This document shows, in pieces, positions 9,422 through 17,321 of a DNA stretch of 64,000 nt (within the stretch, counting starts at the first letter, position 1; every line of letters starts with the position of its first letter). Source of the DNA: an uncultured Chloroflexia bacterium (GTDB lineage Bacteria > Chloroflexota > Limnocylindria > Limnocylindrales > CSP1-4); assembly GCA_963712745.1 (NCBI GenBank), contig CAVQJC010000020.1, forward strand, positions 1 through 64,000. The letters are read 5' to 3'. The notes below the pieces were generated by a model. The model saw only the letters and a list, made by a program, of their open reading frames with translations, was not told the origin of the DNA and ran no database searches. Position numbers and translations under genes: made by a program.

Positions 9422-9720
9422 TCGATACCTCCTACCGCATCGGGTCGGAGCCGGCAGGCGAGGCTCCATGGACGACGCACCGATGCTGCTCCCGCGACCG
9501 ATGTAGCGCATCCGTCCGTTCGTACCGGCACCGGAATGCGGTGCGCGGCCGAGCGGTGGGGAGGAGTAGGCTCGGCCACATGACCGAGACCCCGACACCG
9601 GCCTCGACGCCACGAGTGTCTGCTTCCTTGTTCAGCGAGATCACCTCGGAGTAGCCCTCCGCCACAGCTCCACGACCGCCACTCGTCACACCCGGACCTA
9701 GCGCCCGCTACCCTCGCGCC

Positions 9721-9952
9721 ATGACCGACCACGACGCCGAGATGGACGCCCTGCTCGACCAGTTGGAAGCCGCCGGGCTCGTGGAGGTCTACGTCAACGA
9801 GGACGGCCGGAACGCGATGCGCCTGACGCCCGCAGGCGAACAGGTGTCACGGCAGCTGGCGATGACCGACGATGCCGGCCAGGGCGACCTCATGGCGGCG
9901 TTGCTGGAGGCCGCGGAGGCACAAGAAGAGGCCCGCCCCTCGCGGGACGGGC
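9721..9952 (+). CDS. Mini-ORF family A (reads through hairpin copy 6 at 9928-9952; ORF continues to 10029)
   Basis: MTDHDAEMDALLDQLEAAGLV..RLTPAGEQVSRQLAMTDDAGQG; TACCCT-N6-ATG. Confidence 0.65.
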
Positions 9953-10103
9953 TACTTGTGAGGGCGGCAGGTGCCAGGACGCACCGCCGAGAGGGCCGCG
10001 CCGTTGTGGTACTTCCGAGCCATCGATAGCATGGGACCCCCGGGCGGCCACCCTCGCCGCATCCGAGCCCGGGTCCATCCTCGGTAGGACGGAGGCTGCG
10101 CGG

Positions 10104-10409
10104 ATGGACCAGACGGTACATGGCCGGAGCGAGCCGACATACGAGGCCCGATTCATCGAGGGACCGCGCGCCGGCACGCGTGCGACGGTGGCGAGCCTCC
10201 CAGAGGGGGGTCCGGTCGAGGTGCTGCGCGTCCAAGGGGATGACCTCGGCGTCTACCTACTCGCTGGCTACCCGGACCTCGGAGGGAGCCTGCCGTATCG
10301 GTGGATCACATGGGCTGAAGCGGCAGGACTGCGGACGTGGCTCCGCTTCGGCCGGGCGGCCCGACGAACTCCCCGGGCCGATCCGCACCAGGGCCGTCCT
10401 CTCGGCTAG
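10104..10409 (+). CDS. Hypothetical protein, TYxxRFxxGPxxG...LAGxPxxxGSLPY family
   Basis: GGAGG RBS; paralog of 11972-12280 and 12747-13187. Confidence 0.65.
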   Translation: MDQTVHGRSEPTYEARFIEGPRAGTRATVASLPEGGPVEVLRVQGDDLGVYLLAGYPDLGGSLPYRWITWAEAAGLRTWLRFGRAARRTPRADPHQGRPLG

Positions 10410-10439
10410 TCCGTCGAGCGCGCCCCGTCCAGGCCAGCG

Positions 10440-10571
10440 GGCTATCACGAGGCTCATCCTGGCGTCGGCACTCGGCGAGCGGTATCGCGTCAGGGTCAGC
10501 GAGGACGGGAGCGCCGTGGGGCTGTGGCGGCGGGCATGAGAAGAGGCCCGCCCTTCGCGGGACGGGCCTCT
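10440..10571 (+). repeat. Mini-ORF B 3' remnant plus hairpin copy 7 (10542-10571)
   Basis: Homology to the C-terminal half of 6581-6823; conserved hairpin. Confidence 0.6.
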
Positions 10572-10591
10572 GTGTCAAGGAGTCGGCTTGC

Positions 10592-10867
10592 CTACGGGAT
10601 TCGACTGCGGGAGACGACCACCGGTCGGTCCAGACACGACACGGCCAGCTCCTTCCGCAGTCGAGCGACCTCGGACTGCACGACTCCCGCCGGGCCTGTC
10701 GTGATGGCCACGAGTTCAGAGTTGGGGACACCGAAGTGCTGACACGTTGTCACCCACTCGAAGGTCGGCCTCTTCTTGTCAGGGTCCGGCACAGCCTGGG
10801 CCACGCCGGGCAGCATCGCTGCGACCAACGCTGCCGCGGCGATACCGATTATCAGTCGCCTCTTCAT
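10592..10867 (-). CDS. Small secreted protein
   Basis: MKRRLIIGIAAAALVAAMLPGVAQA signal peptide, GGGGAG RBS. Confidence 0.7.
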   Translation of the reverse strand: MKRRLIIGIAAAALVAAMLPGVAQAVPDPDKKRPTFEWVTTCQHFGVPNSELVAITTGPAGVVQSEVARLRKELAVSCLDRPVVVSRSRIP

Positions 10868-10948
10868 GGAAGCTCCCCCATTACGGGTTTGCGCTGTCGG
10901 CGGCCCATCTGGCCGCGCGGCGCGGTCCCCGACTACCGATTCTCATAC

Positions 10949-11081
10949 CGCTGGCAATCAGGGCAGGCCTGATACGAGTGGACCCCGATACCCTCTCGCC
11001 ATGACCGACGAGCACATCGCCGAGACCGACGCCATCGTGGCCGAGCTCGAGCGCGCCGGCCCGCTCACGGTGACGCAGCGC
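10949..11081 (+). repeat. Conserved promoter block plus truncated mini-ORF A (11001-11081)
   Basis: 34-bp identity with 2424-2457; TACCCT-N6-ATG; MTDEHIAETDAIVAELERAG. Confidence 0.7.
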
Positions 11082-11188
11082 TGCTTGCCCTTCCCCCGTG
11101 GCTTCGGCATCCGTCTGATGAAGCATCTAACTGGCACGGTTTCGTTAGATGCTCCACGCTCGGTAGCACGCCGCATAGACGCTGCTAG

Positions 11189-11412
11189 TCCGAAGTCAGA
11201 TGCTCTATCCACTGAGCTACGGGCGCCAGACCTACGCTCAGATCGAGCGTCTGACTTGGTTTCGGTCCTGGCACGCCGCTATGGAACCAGCGATCGACGG
11301 TTGCCCACTCGATGGCCAAGACTCCGAAGCGGAGGCAAGAGACCTCACCAGGGACGCAAGTATCGCATCCCTGGACATCAAGCCGACGCTGCGAGCCTCG
11401 GTCGCCACCTCC
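11189..11412. repeat. Right copy of the direct repeat, containing the 5' half of tRNA-Arg (11189-11226)
   Basis: Identity with 39-264 stops at the 3' edge of the anticodon loop. Confidence 0.9.
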
Positions 11413-11539
11413 TCACTAGCGACTCTGTGGACAACCCCTACCTCCGCGCTGTACATTCCGCCCTCACGGTCGCGCCGAGCGGTATGTGCCGCAGCCTGCG
11501 GGCGAGGACGACCCTGAAGCGAGAGAAGGAGGCTTGTAG

Positions 11540-11731
11540 ATGCGCGGATTCGACTGTGTCGCCCCCGACGGCAGCCACGAGGAGCCTACCCACTTCGAAG
11601 CCGAGACCGACGACGCGATCGTGGAGCAGGCGAAGACGCACATCGCCGAGTACCACGCTTCTCTGGGCCTCACCGAGGAGCAAGCGCGGGAGATGGTCGT
11701 CCAGGGTGCCTACGACATCGGCGACAGATGA
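11540..11731 (+). CDS. DUF1059-like small metal-binding protein
   Basis: FDC..FEAETDDAIVEQAKTHIAEYH; AAGGAGG RBS. Confidence 0.7.
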   Translation: MRGFDCVAPDGSHEEPTHFEAETDDAIVEQAKTHIAEYHASLGLTEEQAREMVVQGAYDIGDR

Positions 11732-11758
11732 GGCTTGCGCCCTGCGCGCTACCTGTGG

Positions 11759-11784
11759 AGGCCCGTCCCGCGAGGGGCGGGCCT
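11759..11784 (+). terminator. Conserved hairpin repeat, copy 8 (inverted)
   Basis: AGGCCCGTCCCGCGAGGGGCGGGCCT after a plus-strand gene. Confidence 0.7.
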
Positions 11785-11971
11785 ATTCCTGTGTCTCGTT
11801 GGTCATCGCCAAGGCTGACGGACGAGGTGGCACGACCAGCTCGCTAGCATCGTCGGGTGGCACGCGCCGCGGCTAGTCGATGGTCGATGGGACCTCGCCC
11901 GCGAAGAGGAACTGGCCCGGCATCAGGCCACCGAACAGCTCGCGGCTTGACGGGCTACGGACCTGGGGTGT

Positions 11972-12280
11972 CTAGCTCTGGCCTCGGCGGCGCGAGGCGC
12001 TGATCTGGCGACCGCGCGCACGCACGCGCGCAGCCCTCCGCTGCGGCATGTGCAGATAGGGCAGGCTGCCGTCCCCCCGCGGACCGCCGGCCAAGACATA
12101 GGTCCAGTCGGGCTGTCCAGGGGTGAGCAGGATGTCCGGTGGCTCACCGGACTCGAGCCCCAGAACGGCGGTCACGGTGCCGTCTCGGGGCCCCGCCTCG
12201 AAACGAACGACGTAGGTTGGTCGCTCCGGTTGCCCCTGAGCGTGGCCGCCCATCCGCGACCGGCTCCAGTGCTCCGTCAT
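11972..12280 (-). CDS. Hypothetical protein, GSLPY family
   Basis: PTYVVRFEAGPRDG..YVLAGGPRGDGSLPY. Confidence 0.6.
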   Translation of the reverse strand: MTEHWSRSRMGGHAQGQPERPTYVVRFEAGPRDGTVTAVLGLESGEPPDILLTPGQPDWTYVLAGGPRGDGSLPYLHMPQRRAARVRARGRQISASRRRGQS

Positions 12281-12468
12281 CGCCCACCGCCTGACGCGGC
12301 CGGGAGCAAGCCGGGGACGACTACAGCTGCGGTCGCTGGCGCACCCACCGCCACGACTCCGGACGACAGGTATCGCAGGGCCACGACGTCCCCGGGCAGA
12401 CCGGGGAGCGGCAGAGCACTGAGGGGGTATTGATGCGTGATCGGCTTGAGCGAGACGGCGGTTGGCAC
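12277..12468 (-). CDS. Small hypothetical protein
   Basis: AGGAG RBS and ATGA overlap with the next ORF. Confidence 0.35.
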   Translation of the reverse strand: MPTAVSLKPITHQYPLSALPLPGLPGDVVALRYLSSGVVAVGAPATAAVVVPGLLPAASGGGR

Positions 12469-12746
12469 ACTGTGCTCCTATCGGGGGACGCCGGACCAAA
12501 GTCATCCGACGTGGCTCCGAAAGTACCAAGCGGCTAGTACACCCCTCCGCACCGGACCGCCATGGTGGTGTGGGCACGCACCGTGAGGTGGGCTGAATCC
12601 GAGGTGGCCGGTCGTAGAGGAGGACCGCTGCATCGGCAACGACACGGCGATCTCGACGGGTCGATGGATGTTTATGGGTGCCCCGGTGCACCACCTAGCC
12701 GGCGGCTTCGTTGACAGGACCATCGGGCTATCCGCACGATAGCCCG

Positions 12747-13187
12747 ATGGAGAGCGAGAGCATCTCGACGAGGCCGCAGACCTACCGCGCACGGCTTCGA
12801 GGTGGTCCCGACGATGGCGCTGTGGTCAGGGTCCCGCCGCTGCCTGGTGGCGGCCCACCCGACTTCTTCCATGCTGGACCCGACGACCCAGGGATGTACG
12901 TGCTCGCCGGCGCGCCGAACGAGGATGGCAGCCTACCTTACTGGTTCATCTCGTCGATGCCGGCCTTGGCGGAGCGCACGGCACCCGAGCAATCGACCTG
13001 GACGCTCGTTTCGGTAGGCTGCGGGAACGCCGCCCCGAAGGTCTGGCACCAGCATTGCGAGGGGACCAGGCCGGTGCTCCTCCGGCCTGAGCCTGTCGCG
13101 TCATCCCGGGCATCGTCGATCGTCGGCCGAGCGTATGTCTGCCCCGAGTGCGAGCAGACGACGGTCATCAGCCTGCCCGAGGAGTAG
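12747..13187 (+). CDS. Hypothetical protein, GSLPY family with C-terminal Zn-ribbon-like motif
   Basis: TYRARLRGGPDDG..YVLAGAPNEDGSLPY; HQHC..CPEC. Confidence 0.65.
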   Translation: MESESISTRPQTYRARLRGGPDDGAVVRVPPLPGGGPPDFFHAGPDDPGMYVLAGAPNEDGSLPYWFISSMPALAERTAPEQSTWTLVSVGCGNAAPKVWHQHCEGTRPVLLRPEPVASSRASSIVGRAYVCPECEQTTVISLPEE

Positions 13188-13337
13188 CGAAACCGCCTCT
13201 CGTCACTGCCGACGCGACCTGACCATGGCGTCTGGATCGTCGAGTCCCACGCCCACCAGGACCGCGCGGCACAGCTGGAGCATGTCAGGTGGGTCGCTCG
13301 CCCCGACCTCTCCCCAGGTCCAAGTCGAGTGCCAGTC

Positions 13338-14597
13338 CTACCGCAGCTTGAACGCCACCAGGGCCATGGTGGTCGGACGTTGCCGTCCGTCGGAAGGCAC
13401 GTTGTCGACCGCGAACTTGCCGGTGTCCAGCATCCGTCGCGCGAACACGGTCGATCCGCCACCATCGAGGTTGAACGCGTGCTTGGCGCCGAGCGACCTG
13501 AACAGCTGGCCCATCTCCTTGAGGTTCACGCCGACGCTGGCGCGGCGCCGTCCGTCGACGGTGACCATGAGCACGGTTCCGTCCGCCTTGATGCCGACGC
13601 CTGTCCGCGGATGTCGCTCAGCGCCTTCCTGGTACTCGCTGGCCGAGGGCGCGGCGACCTTGCCGTTGCGGGTGGTGAAGTGGTTACCACCCAACGCCTC
13701 GGAGATGTTCTCCCAGTTGTCAGCCGGCGCGAGGGTGCCGCCGCAGTCGTTGTCCACCCTCTTCACCACCTGCGTCGTCAGCGGGAAGCGCTGTCCCACC
13801 TTGAGCTTGTAGACCCACTTGTGTCGAGGGTTCTTCACGGACAGCACGGCCTGGCCGCCGCGCAGCCTGGTATTGCCGCCACCCTTACGCACCTTCAGCA
13901 CCTTGACCATCTGTGTTCCGTTCGGACGCAGCTTCTCCTGGAGCTCGAGCACGACCTCGACGCCCCCGGATGTCGTGAGCGTGCTGGAGGCGAAGCGCTT
14001 GGTGTAGAGGGCGATCTGGGGAGTGTCGCGAGGAGTGTTCACCCGATGGATCTGCTTCTCGTGCTTGTAGCCGGTCGGATGAGCGGTGACATGGATGCGA
14101 ACGTCGGCGATGCGAGCACTGCCGTCGGGATCGATGCCGAGCGTGGGCCGAGTGCAGGGTACGGCCACCATCACCTCGCGGTTGGAGACGGCCATCGAGT
14201 GTGGGGCGGCGTACGGGCCGTAGGCGTCCCGCTTGGGGCGGTCACCATTGGTCGCGGCCATCGCGCGCAGCGTCTTGGTGCTCTTGCGCTTGGCCATGGC
14301 CGTGACCACCTCGCGACCCACGACGCGATCGTTGGAGAGGACCGACTTGAGGCGCACGCTCGGGTGCGTCGTCTCGATCTGCGCGATCCGCACGGACTGG
14401 CGGCGGCCGCCGGTCGTCTTCATCTTGCCCAACGAGTACGTGATACCCGGGGAGAGGGCGACGGTCTTCCTCGGTTGGTATGGCTGTGTGATGGAGGCCT
14501 CGGCTCCCGAAGCGAACGGGGTGGCTACCAGGGCCAGTGCGACCGTCGCCAGGATGACGTGACGGGCGGAGCGGCGGGGATTCGCGTTCGTAGACAT
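13338..14597 (-). CDS. Phosphodiester glycosidase (NAGPA) family secreted protein
   Basis: RHPRTGVG, VTVDGR, AFNLDGGGST. Confidence 0.85.
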   Translation of the reverse strand: MSTNANPRRSARHVILATVALALVATPFASGAEASITQPYQPRKTVALSPGITYSLGKMKTTGGRRQSVRIAQIETTHPSVRLKSVLSNDRVVGREVVTAMAKRKSTKTLRAMAATNGDRPKRDAYGPYAAPHSMAVSNREVMVAVPCTRPTLGIDPDGSARIADVRIHVTAHPTGYKHEKQIHRVNTPRDTPQIALYTKRFASSTLTTSGGVEVVLELQEKLRPNGTQMVKVLKVRKGGGNTRLRGGQAVLSVKNPRHKWVYKLKVGQRFPLTTQVVKRVDNDCGGTLAPADNWENISEALGGNHFTTRNGKVAAPSASEYQEGAERHPRTGVGIKADGTVLMVTVDGRRRASVGVNLKEMGQLFRSLGAKHAFNLDGGGSTVFARRMLDTGKFAVDNVPSDGRQRPTTMALVAFKLR

Positions 14598-14747
14598 GGA
14601 CACAGCCTGACTGTCCCCGGTCCTCCGCCCAATGGCCCGGAAGTACATGCAGCTCCAGCGGCGAACGGCCCGCAGCGCCACAGTCCGGTGTGGCCCGGTG
14701 TCGTTGCGTCCAGCGTGGGGCGGCACTTCCAGCCCGGAACGACCGGG

Positions 14748-15023
14748 TCAGCGCAGCTGTCCGGGCGGCGGGACGGCGCCCGGCTGCGCCCGCTGTCGCT
14801 CCCTGGCCTCGCTCGCGACCACGATGGCCTCCGCCACGGCGCGGTCGACCACCTGGACCTTCGCCGCGTCGAAGACGCGGATGGCGCCATCGGTCGTCAC
14901 ACACACCACCTCGGTGACGGTGCCGGTCGTCTCCGACCAGCTGTTGACGAAGTCCACGACGCTGACCGGGTAGCCGTTGGGGTCCGGTGCCCCCGGATGG
15001 TAGATCGCGGCCAGTGGGCTCAT
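14748..15023 (-). CDS. Hypothetical protein
   Basis: GAGGAG RBS, coding-like composition. Confidence 0.55.
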   Translation of the reverse strand: MSPLAAIYHPGAPDPNGYPVSVVDFVNSWSETTGTVTEVVCVTTDGAIRVFDAAKVQVVDRAVAEAIVVASEARERQRAQPGAVPPPGQLR

Positions 15024-15183
15024 GCGCGCGCTCCTCATGTCAGGTTCGGTCAGGGCACAGGCTAGCGCCTCCGGGCGCTGATCAGGGCACGGATAAGGGG
15101 GTGGATAAGGGCGCACCCGATGGCGTTCTCGAGCCTTAGCCCGACGGTGGGACCTGACCACGACCGCAGCGAGGGAGTCAGGC

Positions 15184-15429
15184 ATGGCCGGCCAGAGCGA
15201 CATCTTGCGAGGCTTCCGTCAACACGAGGACCTGTTCGCCGTCACGCGACGGGGGGTCTTCGAACGGCTGACCGACCCCTACCTGACCGAGCATGATCGC
15301 TGGGTCCTGGGCCAGTTCGCGCAGTTCCTGAGCGGGGTCGCACCCGGGCCGGACCACCGGGCCCGGCAGAACCAGCCCTCCCAGCTGGCCTCGGCGCGGT
15401 ACGCTCGCGTCCGACGCGCCGCCGCATAG
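15184..15429 (+). CDS. Hypothetical protein
   Basis: GGGAG RBS, co-oriented with the MFS gene. Confidence 0.5.
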   Translation: MAGQSDILRGFRQHEDLFAVTRRGVFERLTDPYLTEHDRWVLGQFAQFLSGVAPGPDHRARQNQPSQLASARYARVRRAAA

Positions 15430-15450
15430 CGATCCGGAGGGAGGCAGTCG

Positions 15451-16815
15451 ATGGCTGCGAGCGACCCGGCGATCCTGGTCCGGCCCAAGACCCTCCTGCC
15501 CCTTCGCCAACTCACGCTCATCTCGGTCTACTGGTTCGGTATCAACGCCGTCTGGGGTGGCTACGAATGGTTCGGCCAGACCCAGGTGGAGCTCATCGTG
15601 GGCCGGGCGGACCGTGGTCTGGCCATGGGCGTCATCGAGTTCATCGGGGCCCTCATTCCCATCCTCGTCGTGCCCACCGTGGGCGCCATCAGCGACTACA
15701 CCTCGTCGCGTTTCGGCAAGCGCAAGGGCTACATCATCAGCGGTGCGTTCTTCGACCTGCTCTTCCTGACCGGGCTGTCACTGCTGGCCTTCGCCGAGCC
15801 GGCCGAATGGGACGGACAGGCGCTCGGGACCCCGGCGTTGATGGTGGTCTACACGCTCCTCTTCCTCGGCCTGCAGCTCAGCTCGAACACGGCCCAGGGC
15901 CCTTACCAGGGCTTCGTGCCCGACCTGGTGGCCGAGCCACAGGTGGGCCTGGCCAGCGGCGCGGTGGGCGTGATGCGGACCGGTGGCAACATCGGGGGGG
16001 CGCTCATCATGATGATCGGTGCCCAGTACAACCTGTGGGGCCTGGCGCTGTTCCTCATCGCGGTCCTCGAGTTCACGCTGGCGTCGCTCACCTTCGCCTT
16101 CGTCGGCAATGGACCGCCGGCCAAGCCGCGCGAAGGCCGGTCCTGGACGACCATCGCGCGAGAGGCGTGGGGGCTGGACGTCCTGCGTGAGCGGTCGTTC
16201 ATCCGCATGACCATCGTGCGCTTCCTGTTCCTCATGGGCACAGGCATCTTCATCAACTTCAGCGCCTGGTACCTGCGTGATTCACTGGGCCAGACGGGTT
16301 CCGACCGCACGTTCTGGGGCATCGTGGCCCTGGGTGCGGCAGGCATCGCCACGTTCGTGTCGGCCGTGCCCGCGGCACGGATCTCGAACCGTGTCGGCCG
16401 CAAGCCGGTCATCTGGGTCGCCTGCCTCGTAGCCGGTATCGGGATCACCGTCATCGCCATCGCCCCCAGCCCTCCGATCGCGGTCATCGGCCTCGCCTTC
16501 CTGGGATCCGGTGCCGGCTCCTATCTGGCGGTCGACTGGGCCCTCATGACCGAGACCATCCCGCTCATCACCAGTGGCCGCTACATGGGCCTGGCCAACA
16601 TCGCCAACTCCATCTCCGGGCCCATCGGCGTGTTCATCGCGGGCGCACTGGTGATCGACCGCCTCACCAAGGCGGGCCTGGTCGAACTGGGTCCACGCGT
16701 GGCAGTGGCCCTGGGCATCCCCATGCTGGCCCTCGCCGCCTTGGTGCTCATCGGTGTCCACCCGCGACGCGACCCACGCCGGCCCGATCCGGTGGCCCCC
16801 ACGCCGGGATCGTAG
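15451..16815 (+). CDS. MFS transporter
   Basis: ~12 TM helices, GAISDYTSSRFGKRK and ISNRVGRK motif A. Confidence 0.9.
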   Translation: MAASDPAILVRPKTLLPLRQLTLISVYWFGINAVWGGYEWFGQTQVELIVGRADRGLAMGVIEFIGALIPILVVPTVGAISDYTSSRFGKRKGYIISGAFFDLLFLTGLSLLAFAEPAEWDGQALGTPALMVVYTLLFLGLQLSSNTAQGPYQGFVPDLVAEPQVGLASGAVGVMRTGGNIGGALIMMIGAQYNLWGLALFLIAVLEFTLASLTFAFVGNGPPAKPREGRSWTTIAREAWGLDVLRERSFIRMTIVRFLFLMGTGIFINFSAWYLRDSLGQTGSDRTFWGIVALGAAGIATFVSAVPAARISNRVGRKPVIWVACLVAGIGITVIAIAPSPPIAVIGLAFLGSGAGSYLAVDWALMTETIPLITSGRYMGLANIANSISGPIGVFIAGALVIDRLTKAGLVELGPRVAVALGIPMLALAALVLIGVHPRRDPRRPDPVAPTPGS

Positions 16816-16824
16816 CGCTGATCC

Positions 16825-17178
16825 TCAGCCGCCTACCTGCTTCTCCGCGCCGGCCATGATCACGCCCCAGAACACGCCACCCTGCGCGGCCATGCCCATC
16901 TGCACCAGCAGGCTGGCCTCTGTCAGCGAGCCGATCTCGCGCCAGACCGCGGGGAACACGACCAGGGCCACGATGCAGGCCACCAGCAGCCAGCGCCGGT
17001 CGAGGTCGACGGTGATGGGACCACCGTTGCGGGCCATCGCCACGGCCTCGGAGAAGACCACGCCCACCACGACCACGAGGTAGAGCACGACCTGCTGGAC
17101 CAGGGGCATCTCGGCGCCACCCGCCGGTGCGATGGGTGCGCTCCCGGCGCTGAGGTCGAACCAGGCAAGTACGTCCAT
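16825..17178 (-). CDS. Small membrane protein
   Basis: Three hydrophobic segments, GAGGAGG RBS. Confidence 0.6.
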   Translation of the reverse strand: MDVLAWFDLSAGSAPIAPAGGAEMPLVQQVVLYLVVVVGVVFSEAVAMARNGGPITVDLDRRWLLVACIVALVVFPAVWREIGSLTEASLLVQMGMAAQGGVFWGVIMAGAEKQVGG

Positions 17179-17321
17179 CCGTCCCTCCTCCTCCCCTGTC
17201 CGACCATGACGCCGCCTGCTGGTGCGTACGGTCAACACGCAGGACTACGTAGTCGGCCCGGGCTCAGGCGCACCCGCGAACCGGGCTTGCGGACGGCCAT
17301 GGCGCCCGTCACTATCAGCCC

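Noticed and set aside
9430-9700. Long leader of the repeat-protein gene as an ncRNA
   Set aside because: No second copy or known motif; could be a coding remnant
1767-10571. Hairpin repeats as classical integron attC sites or CRISPR repeats
   Set aside because: No RYYYAAC/GTTRRRY boxes, too short, ~kb irregular spacing, no intI seen
13329-15065. Long antisense ORFs (e.g. 578 aa here, also 51255-52724 and 61785-62993)
   Set aside because: Shadow frames of real genes in high-GC DNA
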